A stretch of DNA of 64,000 nucleotides, from NCBI RefSeq assembly GCF_035084215.1, contig NW_027138407.1, forward strand, positions 310,001 through 374,000, written 5' to 3'. Both the position numbers and the translations under genes were made by a program. Positions 1 to 13,000 of the stretch are shown one piece after another. The stretch's first letter is position 1; each line of letters opens with the position of its first letter. The stretch is from Heptranchias perlo. Taxonomy: Eukaryota. The notes below the pieces were generated by a model. It was given only the letters and a program-made list of their open reading frames with translations. It did not search any database and was not told where the DNA came from.

Positions 1-1458
1 AACAACAGTGGTCCCAGCACCGATCCCTGGGGAACACCACATCCCACCTTTTGCCAGTCTGAGTAACTACCTTAAACCCCGACTCTCTGTTTTCTGTTTT
101 GTAGCCAGCTTGCTGTCCATTCTGCCACCTGTCCCCTGACTCCACATGCTCTGACCTTAATCAGGAGTCTGTGTGGTACCTTATCGAAGGCCTTTTAAAA
201 ATCCAAATATATTACAGCTACTGCATTACCCTTGTCTACCCCTTCTGTTACTTCGTCAAAGAATTCAATAAGATTAGTCAATCATGACCTTCCCTTTTGA
301 AATCCGTGCTGACTATTCTTTATTATATTTTCGGTTTCTAAATGTCTTTCTATTACATCTTTGAGTAAGGATTCTATTATCTTTCCCACCACCGACGTTA
401 AGCTAATTAGTGTATAATTCCCTTGAATGGTTCTAACTCCCTTTTTAAAAATTGGAATCACATTAGCTGTCCGCCAGTCCTCTGGCACTATTCCCTTTTC
501 TAATGAATTTTTATATGGACCAGGGGTTTTATCCTCTCTAAGTTTGATTAGTTTATCAATTATCTCCCCCCTTTCTATCTTAAATGTCTTTATATATTTT
601 ATGATCTCTTCTTCTAATGTACCATGTTAGTCTCCCTGGTAAATAATGAGGCAAAGTAATTATTTAATATTTCTGCCATTTCATTATTACCTGTGAGTTT
701 ATTGTGTGTATCCCTTAGTGGCCCGATCCCTATCCTGATCGTCCTTTTGTTATTTATGTATCTGTAGAGTACTTTAATATTTATTATATTCCTTGATAAT
801 TTAATTCAGTAGTTTCTCTTTGACTTCCTAATTGTTTGCTTCTGTCCTAAACTTTTCCTATTCCCTTTTATCATACTCTCCTTTATTGAATGTGTACTGA
901 GTGTATGCCTTTTGCTTTATTCATCCACGGTCTGTCATTACTGGCTAGTTCTTGCTTTTTAGTGGGATATATTTCTCCTGGACTCCACTGATCACCGTTT
1001 TAAATGTTTCCCACTGCTGTTCGATTTCTTGTGTTTATCGGTCAATTTTTCAGTTTATTTCCCCGAGTTCCATTCTGATCTCCTGAAAATCAGCTTTTTT
1101 TCCAATTTATTACTTTGGTCTTTGTCTTACTTATGTCCTTCGCAATCTTTATCTTAAACCATATTATGTTGTGATCGCTATTACCTATATGCTTACTTCT
1201 CTTATCTGTTCTGGTTTATTTCCCATTACTAGATCCAGCAGAGCTTCCTGCCTTGTAGGGTTTTTTTATATACTGGGTAGGAAAGGAGTCCTGCACAGTG
1301 TAAAAACTCCATTCCCTATACCCCTTTATCTACATCTTCTTGCCAGTTTACTGGGGATAGTTAAAATCTCCCATGATTATTATTCTAAGTCCTTTACTCA
1401 TTTCACATATTTGCTTAAACATTTCATCTCTACCTGCTTTCCACTATTAGGTGGTCTG
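1..1458 (-). mobile_element. Degenerate CR1-type LINE ORF2 fragment (endonuclease end to RT start)
   Basis: Minus-strand peptides PEDWRTANVIPIFKKG..NYTLISLTSVVGKIIESLLKD..SQHGFQKGRS and HRPPNS (endonuclease YRPP motif); many stops and frameshifts. Confidence 0.85.
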
Positions 1459-3400
1459 TGGATAACGGACCGTAGGCAGGGTCGGGGGGGGGATAACGGA
1501 CCACAGGCAGGGTCGGGGGGGGGGGGGGGGGGGATAACGGACCGTAGGCAGGGTCGGGGGGGGGGGGGGGGGATAACGGACCGTAGGCAGGGTCGGGGGG
1601 GGGGGGGGGGATAACGGACCACAGGGCAGGGTCGGGGGGGGGGGGGGATAACGGACCACAGGGCAGGGTCGGGGGGGGGGATAACGGACCGTAGGCAGGG
1701 TCGGGGGGGGGGGGGATAACGGACCGTAGGCAGGGTCGGGGGGGGGGGGGATAACGGACCGTAGGCAGGGTCGGGGGGGGGGGGGATAACGGACCGTAGG
1801 CAGGGTCGGGGGGGGGATAACGGACCACAGGCAGGGTCGGGGGGGGGGGGGGATAACGGACCACAGGCAGGGTCGGGGGGGGGGGGGATAACGGACCACA
1901 GGCAGGGTCGGGGGGGGGGGGGATAACGGACCACAGGCAGGGTCGGGGGGGGGGGGATAACGGACCACAGGGCAGGGTCGGGGGGGGGATAACGGACCAC
2001 AGGCAGGGTCGGGGGGGGGGATAACGGACCACAGGCAGGGTCGGGGGGGGGGGATAACGGACCACAGGCAGGGTCGGGGGGGGGGGGATAACGGACCGTA
2101 GGCAGGGTCGGGGGGGGGATAACGGACCGTAGGCAGGGTCGGGGGAGGGGGGGATAACGGACCGTAGGCAGGGTCGGGGGGGGGATAACGGACCGTAGGC
2201 AGGGTCGGGGGGGATAACGGACCGTAGGCAGGGTCGGGGGGGGGATAACGGACCGTAGGCAGGGTCGGGGGGGGGGGGATAACGGACCGTAGGCAGGGTC
2301 GGGGGAGGGGGGGATAACGGACCGCAGGCAGGGTCGGGGGAGGGGGGGGATAACGGACCGCAGGCAGGGTCGGGGGGGGGGGGGGATAACGGACCGCAGG
2401 CAGGGTCGGGGGTGGGGGGGGGATAACGGACCGCAGGCAGGGTCGGGGGGGGGGGATAACGGACCACAGGCAGGGTCGGGGGGGGGGGGATAACGGACCA
2501 CAGGCAGGGTCGGGGGGGGGGGGGGGGGGGGGGATAACGGACCGTGGGCAGGGTCGGGGGGGGGGGGGGGGGATAACGGACCACAGGCAGGGTCGGGGGG
2601 TGGGGGGATAACGGACCGTAGGCAGGGTCGGGGGGGGGGGGGGGGGGGATAACGGACCGTAGGCAGGGTCGGGGGGGGGGGGGGGGATAACGGACCACAG
2701 GCAGGGTCGGGGGGGGGGGGATAACGGACCACAGGCAGGGTCGGGGGGGGGGGGGATAACGGACCGTGGGCAGGGTCGGGGTGGGGGGGGGATAACGGAC
2801 CGTGGGCAGGGTCGGGGGGGGGGGGATAACGGACCACAGGCAGGGTCGGGGGGGGGGGGGGGGGATAACGGACCGTGGGCAGGGTCGGGGGGGGGGGAGG
2901 ATAACGGACCACAGGCAGGGTCGGGGGGGGGGGGGATAACGGACCACAGGCAGGGTCGGGGTGGGGGGGGGATAACGGACCGTGGGCAGGGTCGGGGGGG
3001 GGGGGGGATAACGGACCACAGGCAGGGTCGGGGGGGGGGGGGGGGATAACGGACCACAGGCAGGGTCGGGGGGGGGGGAGGATAACGGACCGTGGGCAGG
3101 GTCGGGGGGGGGGGGGATAACGGACCACAGGCAGGGTCGGGGTGGGGGGGGGATAACGGACCGTAGGCAGGGTCGGGGGGGGGGGGATAACGGACCACAG
3201 GCAGGGTCGGGGGGGGGGGGATAACGGACCACAGGCAGGGGGGGGGGGGGGGGGGGGATAACGGACCACAGGCAGGGTTGGGGGGGGGGGATAACGGACC
3301 ACAGGCAGGGTCGGGGGGGGGGGATAACGGACCACAGGCAGGGTCGGGGGGGGGGGATAACGGACCACAGGCAGGGTCGGGGGGGGGGGGATAACGGACC
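1459..3400. repeat. G-rich minisatellite, unit GATAACGGACC(GT/AC)AGGCAGGGTC plus a variable poly-G tract
   Basis: Direct tandem repetition, roughly 55 units of variable length. Confidence 0.97.
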
Positions 3401-3799
3401 ATGGCGTGTGAGAATAAATAAAAGTAGAAAAATATAAAAGCAAGTTCCAAGTATTTAAAACACTGTTTAGTGCACAAGAGTACAGCAGTAATATCCCTGA
3501 AGCCATTCCACAACCAAGCAAAATGATAACAAGGGTTGATTTTAAGATATAACATGGAGATCTGAGGGATAGGATCTATGCCTCATCATTGCCGACCATG
3601 ACTCAAACACAATCTCACTGCTTGTGGTCTCCAGTCACTGATCATCGTGAGTCCGTTGGTTCCAAGGGAGCTATATATTCTACACAGATGGGGGTCCACA
3701 GGGCACTCGCTGAGTATATAATGTAAAACCCCTCTTGTACTCTCACGCTCTGGTGGAAGACCAGTTCTGAATGAAACAATGATTGCAGTAATAAGCCCT

Positions 3800-4640
3800 C
3801 ATTGTAAAAAAGCAGCAATTGAGAGAGGATACAGCGGAGGGCAACCAGAACGATTGAGGGGATGGAGGGATTGGGTTACGACGATCCATTACGGAGAGTG
3901 AGCATGTTCTCACTGCGACAGAGAAGGTTGAGAGGTGATGTGTTGGCAGTTTTTAGGATTTTAAAGGGACTAGATAATGTAGACTGTGACAAGCTATTTG
4001 ACCTTGTCCGGAACAGTCGAAGCAGAGGACACCGCCTGCGCTGGAAGGGGGGATTTTAAACCCTCCCATCTACGGGTGAGTAAGATGGCGGGGGAGGGAT
4101 TCGCGTCGCTTTCCTGACACGTTCCTGCCCCCATCATTTTTACTGGAGCTGGGGCCTAATTTAAATGGTAGCGTCGCGTCCCGACGGCGTCATCGCCATT
4201 TTTACCCCGGCTACGGCCCGCACAAATCGGCAGCCTGCCAGTAAAAGCTGGTCGGAGCGAGAATCCAGGCCCAGGTCAGTTGTTGAAGAAATGTTTACGG
4301 TTCCCTGTGGGCCAGGAATGAACAGGAGACATCCTCCTGGCCCCAAGAGGATATCCATGGGCCTGCCCTGCCTGGGCTCCCCCCCCCCACTCCCCTCCGG
4401 ATCGCAGACTTGCCGACCCCCCCTGCAATCCGGGGACCATTTCCGTGGGCACCTGACGGCAAACTGACCCCCCCCCCCCCCATCAATTTTATCATCCGAT
4501 TTGGCACCCCCCCTGGTTAAAATCGGTCCTATTATTTCAGTGAGTGAGTGGTCAATTTATGGGACAGGCGAGACATTCGAAGCAGTTAGCATTGATTCAT
4601 TCAAGTGCAAATTAGATGAATTTCTTTCAGAAAGTAACAG
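3800..4640 (+). mobile_element. Old CR1 3' fragment interrupted by a ~480 bp GC-rich insert (about 4048-4528), possibly a MITE
   Basis: CR1 peptide MFSLRQRRLRGDVLAVFRILKGLD..SRSRGH stops near 4050 and CR1-like sequence resumes near 4530; insert ends GGATTTTAA..TTAAAATCG are imperfect inverted repeats. Confidence 0.5.
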
Positions 4641-4997
4641 TTCAGGTTACAGTATATGAGTAATTTGAGACACGAGGTGGGGTAAGTGGACCAGGCTCGG
4701 GAGGAACAGGTGACTTGGACCAGTGGCTCCCAAAGCTCTCCACCACTGGGGGCTTTTTCCCTCGCCTCATGTCTGGGGTCCGTTGGAGGCTAACTGATAG
4801 AGATTGATTGCTCGACAACTCCCATTGTCGCTGTAGCACACGACGACCAGGGCGGCAGGCAGCCAACTGGATGGACCTCGGTCGTCTTCCCGCTCAGCAA
4901 TTCCTGTATCTGTTGTGGGTTTCCATTAAGACGTGAGTAACGTTTGATCAGTGCAGCGCAAACATCACAGCGCGCCCATCAGGCAGGCGACACTTAC

Positions 4998-5177
4998 CAC
5001 TTCGTCCGTTCCCATGTAGGAGACCACGGCAGTCAGTGTCTGAATGGTGTAGAAGACCACCAGCGGGTTGTCGTGGTCCTCCAGGGTCTGGTGGAAGAGC
5101 CGCATCAGTTCGCGGAAGTGGCGCTTGAACGACTCGGTGCTGATGTCCACTACGGTGCTCAGCAGCAGCATCCCGAC
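4998..5177 (-). CDS. IPO4: Importin-4 coding exon 6 (VGMLLLSTVV...SYMGTDEV), 180 nt
   Basis: cag| acceptor, |gtaagt donor, phase 0/0; resembles human IPO4 MGLLLLSVVV..HRELLRLLNETL..LLFYSLRTLT. Confidence 0.92.
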
Positions 5178-5404
5178 CTGGAGCCCACGCCCGAGGGAAA
5201 ACGCACCAAGTTACTGCCGCTCGCTGACCACAGCTTCCACCACCCCCCCCTCCCAGTCTCGATCCAGTGACAACACCCACCCCTCCCGCCGGAGCGCACG
5301 CAGGGACGTCAATTGGACACGTGCGAGGACTGGACTGGGTCGTTGCCCGTGGGCGAATCGTGTGCCAACACTCGTCGGCTAGGCTCACACATGACGAATG
5401 GTCA

Positions 5405-5885
5405 CAGGGACAGAAGGAGGCCGTTCAGCCCCTCGAGACTGTTCCGCCCCTCAACTCGATCATGGCTGATCTGTATTTTAACTCCATTTACCTGCCCTGG
5501 TTCCGTAACCCTTAACACCCTTACCCAACAAAAATCGATCAATCCCAGTTTTGAAAGCACCAATTGACCTCCAGCCTTCAACAGCTTTTTTTTTTGGTGG
5601 GGGGGGGGGGAAAGAGTTCCAGATTTTCACTCCCCTTTGTGTGAAGAAGTGTTTCCTGACATCACCCCTGAACGGCCCGGCTCTAATCTTAAGGTTCTGC
5701 CCCCTTGTTCTCGGCTCCCCCACCAGAGGAAATAGTTTCTCTCTATCGACCCTATCAAATCCTTGAATCATCTTAAACCCCTCGATTAGATCACCCCTTA
5801 ATCTTCTACACTCGAGGGAACACAAGCCTAGTCTATGCAACCTGTCCCTCGTAATTTAACCCTCTAAGCCCTGGTATCATCCTGG
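5405..5885 (-). mobile_element. CR1 LINE 3' fragment
   Basis: [48 protein letters not shown]. Confidence 0.9.
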
Positions 5886-6133
5886 TCACTCCGGGGAGGT
5901 ACAGGAACTGCACCCCATCAAAAGGAGAGGAAAGGGAAGAAAAAAACTCAATGATGGAGCCCACTGCCAGCTGTGCAATAACCTACCGAGAGTTGGCACT
6001 GGACCTCAGTCACACCATCACCAATCTTTTTGGGGAATGGTCGTTTTTCTTTAGACACAAGACACAGGTGTAATCGCATTCTGCCATAATGAGAATGTGG
6101 GAATGCGTCACCTTCCCCCCCCACCTTACACAC

Positions 6134-6263
6134 CTGTCTCTCCTCAGGAACACTGCTCTTGGTCCAGTGAGTTATAAACTGAAGAAGTTGCGGCCATTTC
6201 TCTGGCGTTTCGTGCTTGACGATGATCGCAGCCAGCTGGGCTACCGAGTGCCGTACCTTGTGT
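6134..6263 (-). CDS. IPO4: Importin-4 coding exon 5 (HKVRHSVAQLAAIIVKHETPEKWPQLLQFITHWTKSSVPEERQ), 130 nt
   Basis: tttcag| acceptor, |gtgtgt donor, phase 2/0; conserved AQL and WPQLLQ motifs. Confidence 0.92.
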
Positions 6264-6524
6264 CTGAAAGGGGAACGAAATGGACCTGAGAACGGGCCGC
6301 GAGAATCGAACGGTGGAAACTTCCACTCGGCAACACATCAAGAGTTACTTCCAACCAGACTCACTTACAACAGACAGTGAGAGAACGGAAGGATACAGAG
6401 GTAGCAACTAAATCCCTCAATCTGCTGGAAATAATTGCTTCCATTTAGAGCGGCACAGTGCCACGACATAGCGGAACATTAGCGGCAGCACGTTAAAGAT
6501 CCATGGTGGGTGCCTCTCTCCTAG

Positions 6525-7160
6525 GAGCATAGGAACAGGAGTAGGCCATTCAGTCCCTCGAGCTGGTTCTGCCATTTAACTGGATCATGGCTGGTCTGTA
6601 CCTTAACTCCATTTACCCGCCTTGGTTCCTAACTCTTAATACCCTTGCCTAACAAAAATCTCTCAAGCTCAGTTTTGAAAATTTTCAATTGACCCCCAGC
6701 CTCAACAGCCTTTTTGGGGAAGAGAGTTCCAGATTTCCACCCCACAGTGTGCGAAGAAGTAATTCCTGACAGCACTCCTGAACGGCCTGACTCTAATTTT
6801 AAGGCTATCGCCCCTTGTTCTGGATTCCCCCACTAAAGGAAATAGTTTCTCTCTATCGACCCCATCAAATCCTTTAATCATCTTAAACAACTCGATTGTA
6901 TTCACCCTTTAATCTTCTACACTCGAGGGAATACAAGCCTAGTCTGTGCAACCTGGCCTCATAATTAACCCTTTTAGCCCTGGTATCATTCTCGTGAATC
7001 TGCACTGCACCCCCTCAAAAGCCAATATATCCTTCCTAAGGTGCAGTACTCCTTATGCGGTCTAACCAGAGCTCTGTACAGCTGTAAACATAACTTCCAC
7101 CCCTTTGTATTCCAGCCCCCATGAGATAAACGCCAACATTCCATTAGCCTTTTTAATTAT
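6525..7160 (-). mobile_element. CR1 LINE 3' fragment
   Basis: IELFKMIKGFDGVDREKLFPLVGESRTRG..IWNSLPQK plus CR1-type 3' tail. Confidence 0.85.
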
Positions 7161-8819
7161 TTAGGCTAATACCTCTCCGGGGTATAACTGTCAGCGAGAG
7201 ACTAGCAGCACTGGGCTGCTGCAGCGTGCTTCGTAGTGGCTGACCCAGAGCAGAATTGGCAGGCCTCTGGGAGAAGACTGCCAACCCACTCAGAGAATAT
7301 GAACATGGGGGATGGAGGAGGGATTGAGCCATAAATAGCCAGGAAAAACCTCCAGTTTTATTTCATGGCGTGTCAGAGTTATAGAACTGTAATAACACAG
7401 AGCTAGGCACAGAAGGAACAGCCACACAAGAACTCGGCTCACTGATCACCTCATCTACAAGCAGATTTCCCACGATGTTTTTCACAGTGAGTCACGGGAC
7501 ACATTATTTCTAACGACAGGAGCACAATACCACGTAACACACAATGTCGAACTGGTCTCCTAGATAAAAACATGAATATTTCTCTTTCTAATAAATCCAA
7601 AAAGGAATTCACGAGAAACCTCTTTACTCAGAGTTATGAGAATGTGGAACTCACTACCACATGGAGTGGTTGAGGTGAATAGCATAGATGCATTTAAAGG
7701 GAAAGCTAGATGAGTACGAGGGAGAAAGGAATTGAAGGTTATATCGATAGGTTGAGATGGAGTAGAGTGGAAGGAGGCTTGTATGGAGCATAAACACTGG
7801 CATTGACTGGTTGGGCCAAATGGCCTGTTTCTGTGCTGTAAATTCGATGTAATTCTATGTAATTCCCATAAATGTCTCTGCTTCTTTCTCACTCGCTAAA
7901 TATTTTCGTGTTGCTTACTGTTTCTCTCTGTCACACACATTTTTCCAATGCGGTGACTGTGTGACTCTGTCAGGCTCTTTCTGTCTCACTCTTCCTGTAA
8001 GTATCTCCTCTGCTCTGTCTTCTTTCTCTTCTAAATATCTCTGGAGTAGCTCACATGTTCATTACTGAGGTACTCTATATCTGCCTCTTGCCTTTTTTTA
8101 AGGCCTGGGATACACAAGAGGGGACATATGCCGAGTCAGAAGGAGGACAGAGTGAGGCTTTCGGAGAGGATCTGCAACACGGGCGGTTGAGAGCAGAGGC
8201 ATGCTGCAGGTTAGGCCAGGAGGCAGGCCAAGTGGGAGCAAGCGGCTGGAGCAAGAGAAGGAGCGGGCCAAGGGGAGGCTGCAACCCAAGAGTGGAGCGG
8301 GGGGAGGGCTGGAGCTGCATGTAATTGTGGGTGGGGCGAAAGGGTTGGGAAGGCACAACGAGACTACTTTGCTCATCCGCCCTGGAAAGCTCTCCAGTCA
8401 GCTGGGCCGGCAATCCTTCCCAGCCTACCTGCCGAGGGCTTCCTCAGTCACCGTGCCTCTCGCCCTCCCACCCCAAGTGCTTCCTGGATCACTCACCCCC
8501 AAAGGTTGCTCTTGGCCTGCTGAAACGGGAAAGGAGGAGAGCGAGCGATAGAGCAAGGTGCGAAGGAGAGAACAAAATATGAACGAGCAAGAATGAGAAG
8601 TTTAGTGGGAATTACTTAGAATATTTAGTGGGTATATGTTATCAATGCTGGTTATGAGTGCAAATTTTCAGCAAGCTAAATAATGAAGATGGCAGCATGA
8701 ACCAAGTTAACGTTTGCTTCAGAATTTGATCGCTACTTTCCAGTTTGGGATTCCTTTGAGAAAAACATTTTGAGCCCAATTTTCTCCTCTTTACTTATTG
8801 CTGCTTACTGACTGAATGG

Positions 8820-9390
8820 TACCAGGGGTGCGGCACTTCAGTTATGTGGAGAGACTGGAGAAGCTGGGGTTAAGCAGAGAAGGTTAAGGGGAGATTTGAT
8901 CGAGGCGTTCAAAATCATGAGGGCTTTTGATATCATAAATAGGGAGAAACTGTTTCCAGTGGCAGAAGGGTCGGTAACCAGAGGACACAGATTTAAGGTA
9001 ATTGGCAAAAGAACCAGAGGAGGAGATGAGAATTTTTTTTTAAAGCAGCAACTTGTGATGATCTGGAATGCGCTGCCTGAAAGGATGGACGAAGCAGATT
9101 CAATAATAACTTTCAAAAGGGAATTGGATAAATACTTTGAAGGGTATGCTGATGGGGTTAGATGAAGTCGGGAGGGAGGAGGCTCGTGTGGAGCATAAAC
9201 ATCTGCATGGACCTGTTGGGCCGAATGGCCTGTTTCTGTGATGTATATTCTATGTAATTCTATATAAGGGGAAAAATTTGCAGGGCTATGGGAGAAAGAG
9301 CAGGGGAGTGGGACTAATTGGACAGCTCTTTCAAAGGGCCGACACAGGCACAATGGGCCGAATGGCCTCCTTCTGTGCTGTATTGTTCTA
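8820..9390 (+). mobile_element. CR1 LINE 3' fragment(s)
   Basis: IEAFKIMRAFDIINREKLFPVAEGSVTRGHRFK..IWNALPER. Confidence 0.85.
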
Positions 9391-9440
9391 CGATATGGAC
9401 TGCTTCGGATTTGGTTTCGTCTAGTCAAGCAGGTATTTGG

Positions 9441-10006
9441 TGTAAGAATATAGGTATGTTTTTACATTGTTTCTTTAAATACAGAACAAAAGTCAGAACA
9501 GCTAATGTTGCAATTACGGTTAAACGGCGAGTAGCCAGAATCGGTTCAGACTGTACGCTGGCAAATCCTACCTTTTGATTACCATGACATTGGAGAAGGA
9601 TGAATCTTTAGACAATGGAACAGGATACTGACCAGGATGAGCCCCCGCCCCTACGGCCGTATGTTTCAGCAATCTGTTTAATGGCCGCCTAACAAAATTA
9701 AACTCAGCAAGAATTGGGGGACTGTACCAATGTTTTTAAACACGGTATAAAGAGGGATCTAAAACTTCACTCAGTTAATAACTTCAGCTACCTTTGAGGA
9801 GAGGAACCAGGAACGGCCTGGACAGGCAAACGCTCATGATTTCCGGGGAGTTCTTTGCCCGTGAGTTTCTAGATGTAGGACTGTGTGTACTGCTCTGCAT
9901 GCAGACTTAAGATGATGATTATTTTGAAACAATAATAAATGTGGTTAATATTACTGTCTCTAGCTTTCACGAATCTGTTATTAAAAGGATATGGATTGTC
10001 CTATCA
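9441..10006 (+). mobile_element. Solo LTR (566 bp) in IPO4 intron 4
   Basis: TG...CA termini flanked by 5-bp direct repeat TTTGG (9436-9440, 10007-10011); internal GC box, CCAAT 9727, TATAAA 9746, AATAAA 9934 in U3-R-U5 order. Confidence 0.7.
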
Positions 10007-10217
10007 TTTGGTAACGCTTATTTCAGTCAATCACTATTTTTTTATCCTACATGAGGGATCCTTTGTGCTGTGATGTCCCTCATCCTCTTATGAGCCACTC
10101 ATTATTCCTGTGCCCTGCAGCTCCTCCTCTATCCAGAGATATTAGAAGCGGCTGGTCAAGGCTTCACCATTTCTCAGCAATCCTCCTCAATGTTCCAAGT
10201 ATGTGCCAAACACTTAC

Positions 10218-10259
10218 TCATGTTCCTGCTGCAGAGACTGCAGAACCACTGGCTTCAAA
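10218..10259 (-). CDS. IPO4: Importin-4 coding exon 4 (LKPVVLQSLQQEH), 42 nt
   Basis: ccttcag| acceptor, |gtaagt donor, phase 2/2 joins exons 3 and 5 in frame; resembles human LKSLILTALQRET. Confidence 0.88.
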   Translation of the reverse strand, partial: FEASGSAVSAAGT

Positions 10260-10289
10260 CTGAAGGAATGAGAAAGAGACAATCTATTA

Positions 10290-12110
10290 GTACAACAAGA
10301 ACAACCACCTGAATTTTTACAGCACCTTTAGCGTAGTAAAATGCGCTTCACAGGAGCGATTATCAAACTAAATTTGACACCGAGCCACATAAGGAGATAT
10401 TAGGACAGGTGACCAAAAGCTTGGTCAAAGAGGTAGGTTTTAAGGAGCATCTTAAAGGAGGAGAGAGAGTTAGAGAGGCGGAGAGGTTTAGGGAGGGAAC
10501 TCTAGAGCTTAGGGCCCGGGCAGCTGAAGGCACGGCCGCCAAGGGTGGAGCAATTGAAATCGGGGGATGCGCAAGAGGCCAGAATTGGAGGAGCGCAGAG
10601 ATCTCGGAGGGTTGTAGGGCTGAAGGAGGTTACAGAGATAGGGAGGGGGCGAGGGTCCATGGAGGGATTTGAACACGAGGATGAGAATTTTAAAAATCGA
10701 GGCATTCCTTGGCCGGAAGCCAACGTAGGTCAGCAAACACAGGGGTGATGGATGAACGGGACTTGGTGCGAGTTAGGATACGGGCAGCAGAGTTTTGGAT
10801 GAGCTCAAATTTATGGAGGGTGGAAGATGGGAGGCCGGCCAGGAGAGGATTGAAATAATTAAGTCTAGAGGTAACAAAAGCATGGATGAGGGTTTCAGCA
10901 GATGAGCTGAGGCGGGGGCGGAGACGAGTGACGTTACAGAGGTGCAAGAGGTCTTGGTGATGAAGCAGATGTGGTTGGAAGCTCATCTCAGGGTCAAAGG
11001 GGACACCAAGGCTGCGAACGGTCTGGTCCAGCCTCAGACAGAGGCCAGGGAGAGGGATGGAGTCGGTGGGGAGGGAACGGAGTTTGTGGCGGGGATCAAA
11101 GACAATGGCTTCAGGTCTTCCCAATATTTAGTTGGGGGAAATTTTTGCTCATCAGTACTGGATGTTGGACAAGCAGTGTGACAAATCAGAGAGAGTGGGC
11201 AGGGGGTGGGGGTCCAAGGGAGGTGGTGGTGAGGTAGAGCTGGGTGTTATCAGTGTAAGCCTGGAACCAGAAATTGTGTTTTCGGATGATGTCGTCAAGG
11301 GGCAGCAAGTAGATGAGAACTAGGAGGGGGCCAAGGATAGATCCTTGGGGGACTCCAGAGGTAACAGTGCGGGAGGGGGAAGAGAAGCCATTGCAGGTGG
11401 TTCTCTGGCTACGACTGGAGAAATAAGAATGGAACTGGGGGAGCTGGACAACAGAGAGGCACTGGAGGAGAATGGTGTGGTCAACCATATCAAACGCTGC
11501 AAGACAGGTGGAGAAGGATGAGGAGGGATAGTTTACCGTTGTCACAATCACAGAGGATGTAATTTGTGATTTTGATAATGGCCGTTTCAGTACTGTGGCA
11601 GGGCGGAAACCGGATTGGAGGGATTCAAACATGGAGATGCGGGAAACGTGGGCACGGATTTGGGAGGTGACAACATGTTCAAGGACTTGAGAGAAAAGGG
11701 AGGTTGGAGATGGGGCGGCAGTTTGCAAGGACAGAGGAATTAAGGGTGGGGTTTTTTTTTTAAGGATGGGGGCGATGGCAGCAGATTTGAAGGAGAGGGG
11801 GACAGTTCCTGAGGAGAGGGAACCGTTAACAATATCAGCTAACATGGGGAAGTTGGGTGGTCAGCAGTTTGGTGGGAATAGGGTCGAGGGAGCAGGAGGT
11901 GGGTCTTATGGACAAGATGAGCTCACAGAGGGCATGAGGGGAGATAGGAGAGAAACTAGAGAAAGACGTGAGTTCAGGGCTTGGGCAGGAGGAACCTTAG
12001 GGGAAGTTTGGCTCGGTGGGCTAGGGGAAGGGAAGGAAGTGGCAGAGGCAGCTGAATGGATGGTCTCAATCTTTGTGACAAAGAAGTCCATAAGTTCCTT
12101 GCACTTGTTG
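10290..12110 (-). mobile_element. L2-clade LINE, 3' ~1.8 kb, degenerate
   Basis: RT motifs AAFDMVDH, SGVPQGSILGPLL, YTDNTQLY; LIHAFVTSRLNY..QNSAARILT. Confidence 0.85.
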
Positions 12111-12264
12111 GAGATGTCCCGATGCCAAACAGGTCCTGATAAGAAGCCATGTGAAGACTCGAACTCTTGTTCAGTTTAACACCTCCCCAACACACACAAC
12201 ACCTAACACTACATTCCAATAACAGACAGGTAAAACCTGCCAATTGCTTTAGGCAAGAATTAGC

Positions 12265-12600
12265 TACAGAGTAAAGCTCCCTCTACACTGTCCCCATCAA
12301 ACACTCCCAGGGCAGGTACAGGGTTAGATACAGAGTAAAGCTCCCTCTACACTGTCCCATCAAACACTCCCAGGGCAGGTACAGGGTTAGATACAGAGTA
12401 AAGCTCCCTCTACACTGTCCCATCAAACACTCCCAGGGCAGGTACAGGGTTAGATACAGAGTAAAGCTCCCTCTACACTGTCCCATTAAACACTCCCAGG
12501 GCAGGTACAGGGTTAGATACAAAGTAAAGCTCCCTCTACACTGTCCCATCAAACACTAACAGGGCAAGTACAGCACAGGTTAGATACAGAGTAAAACTCT
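12265..12600. repeat. 60-bp tandem repeat, about 5.5 copies
   Basis: Repeated ACAGAGTAAAGCTCCCTCTACACTGTCCCATCAAACACTCCCAGGGCAGGTACAGGGTTAGAT. Confidence 0.95.
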
Positions 12601-12649
12601 CTCCAATAGCCTCATCCTAACTTCCGTATGCACAAGTGAGATGATTTTC

Positions 12650-13000
12650 ATTATAAGAACATAAGAAATAGGAGGAGTAGGCCATCCGGCCCCTCGGGCC
12701 TGCTCCGCCATTCAATCAGATCATGGCTGATCTTCGACCTCAACTCCACTTTCCCCCCCGATCCCTTGATTCCCCTAGAATCCAAAAATCTATCGATCTC
12801 AGCCTTGAATATACTGAACGACTGAGCATCCACAGCCCTCTGGGGTAGAGAGTTCCAAAGATTCACAACCCTCTGAGTGAAGAAATTCCTCCTCATCTCA
12901 GTCCTAAATGCCCGACCCCTTATCCTGAGACTATACCCCCTAGTTCTAGACTCTCCAGCCAGGGGAAACAACTTCTCAGCATCTACCCTGTCAAATCCCC
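12650..13000 (-). mobile_element. CR1 LINE 3' end
   Basis: FPLAGESRTRGYSLRIRGRAFRTEMRRNFFTQRVVNLWNSLPQ plus tail. Confidence 0.9.

Noticed and set aside
1459-3400. CRISPR-like look (constant repeat with variable spacer); also considered for the other arrays
   Set aside because: The 'spacers' are only poly-G, there are no unique spacers or cas genes, and the context is eukaryotic
1398-3555. 600-700 aa proline-rich, extensin-like ORFs
   Set aside because: All three minus frames are open because of the poly-C minisatellite
3400-3800. Possible IPO4 exon 7
   Set aside because: No frame resembles the expected next IPO4 segment with proper splice sites; exon 7 is probably beyond the window's left edge
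8055-8582. GC-rich stretch with a plus-strand acceptor-like site near 8102 and several short ORFs
   Set aside because: No recognisable protein or partner exons; left unassigned, possibly a transposon remnant
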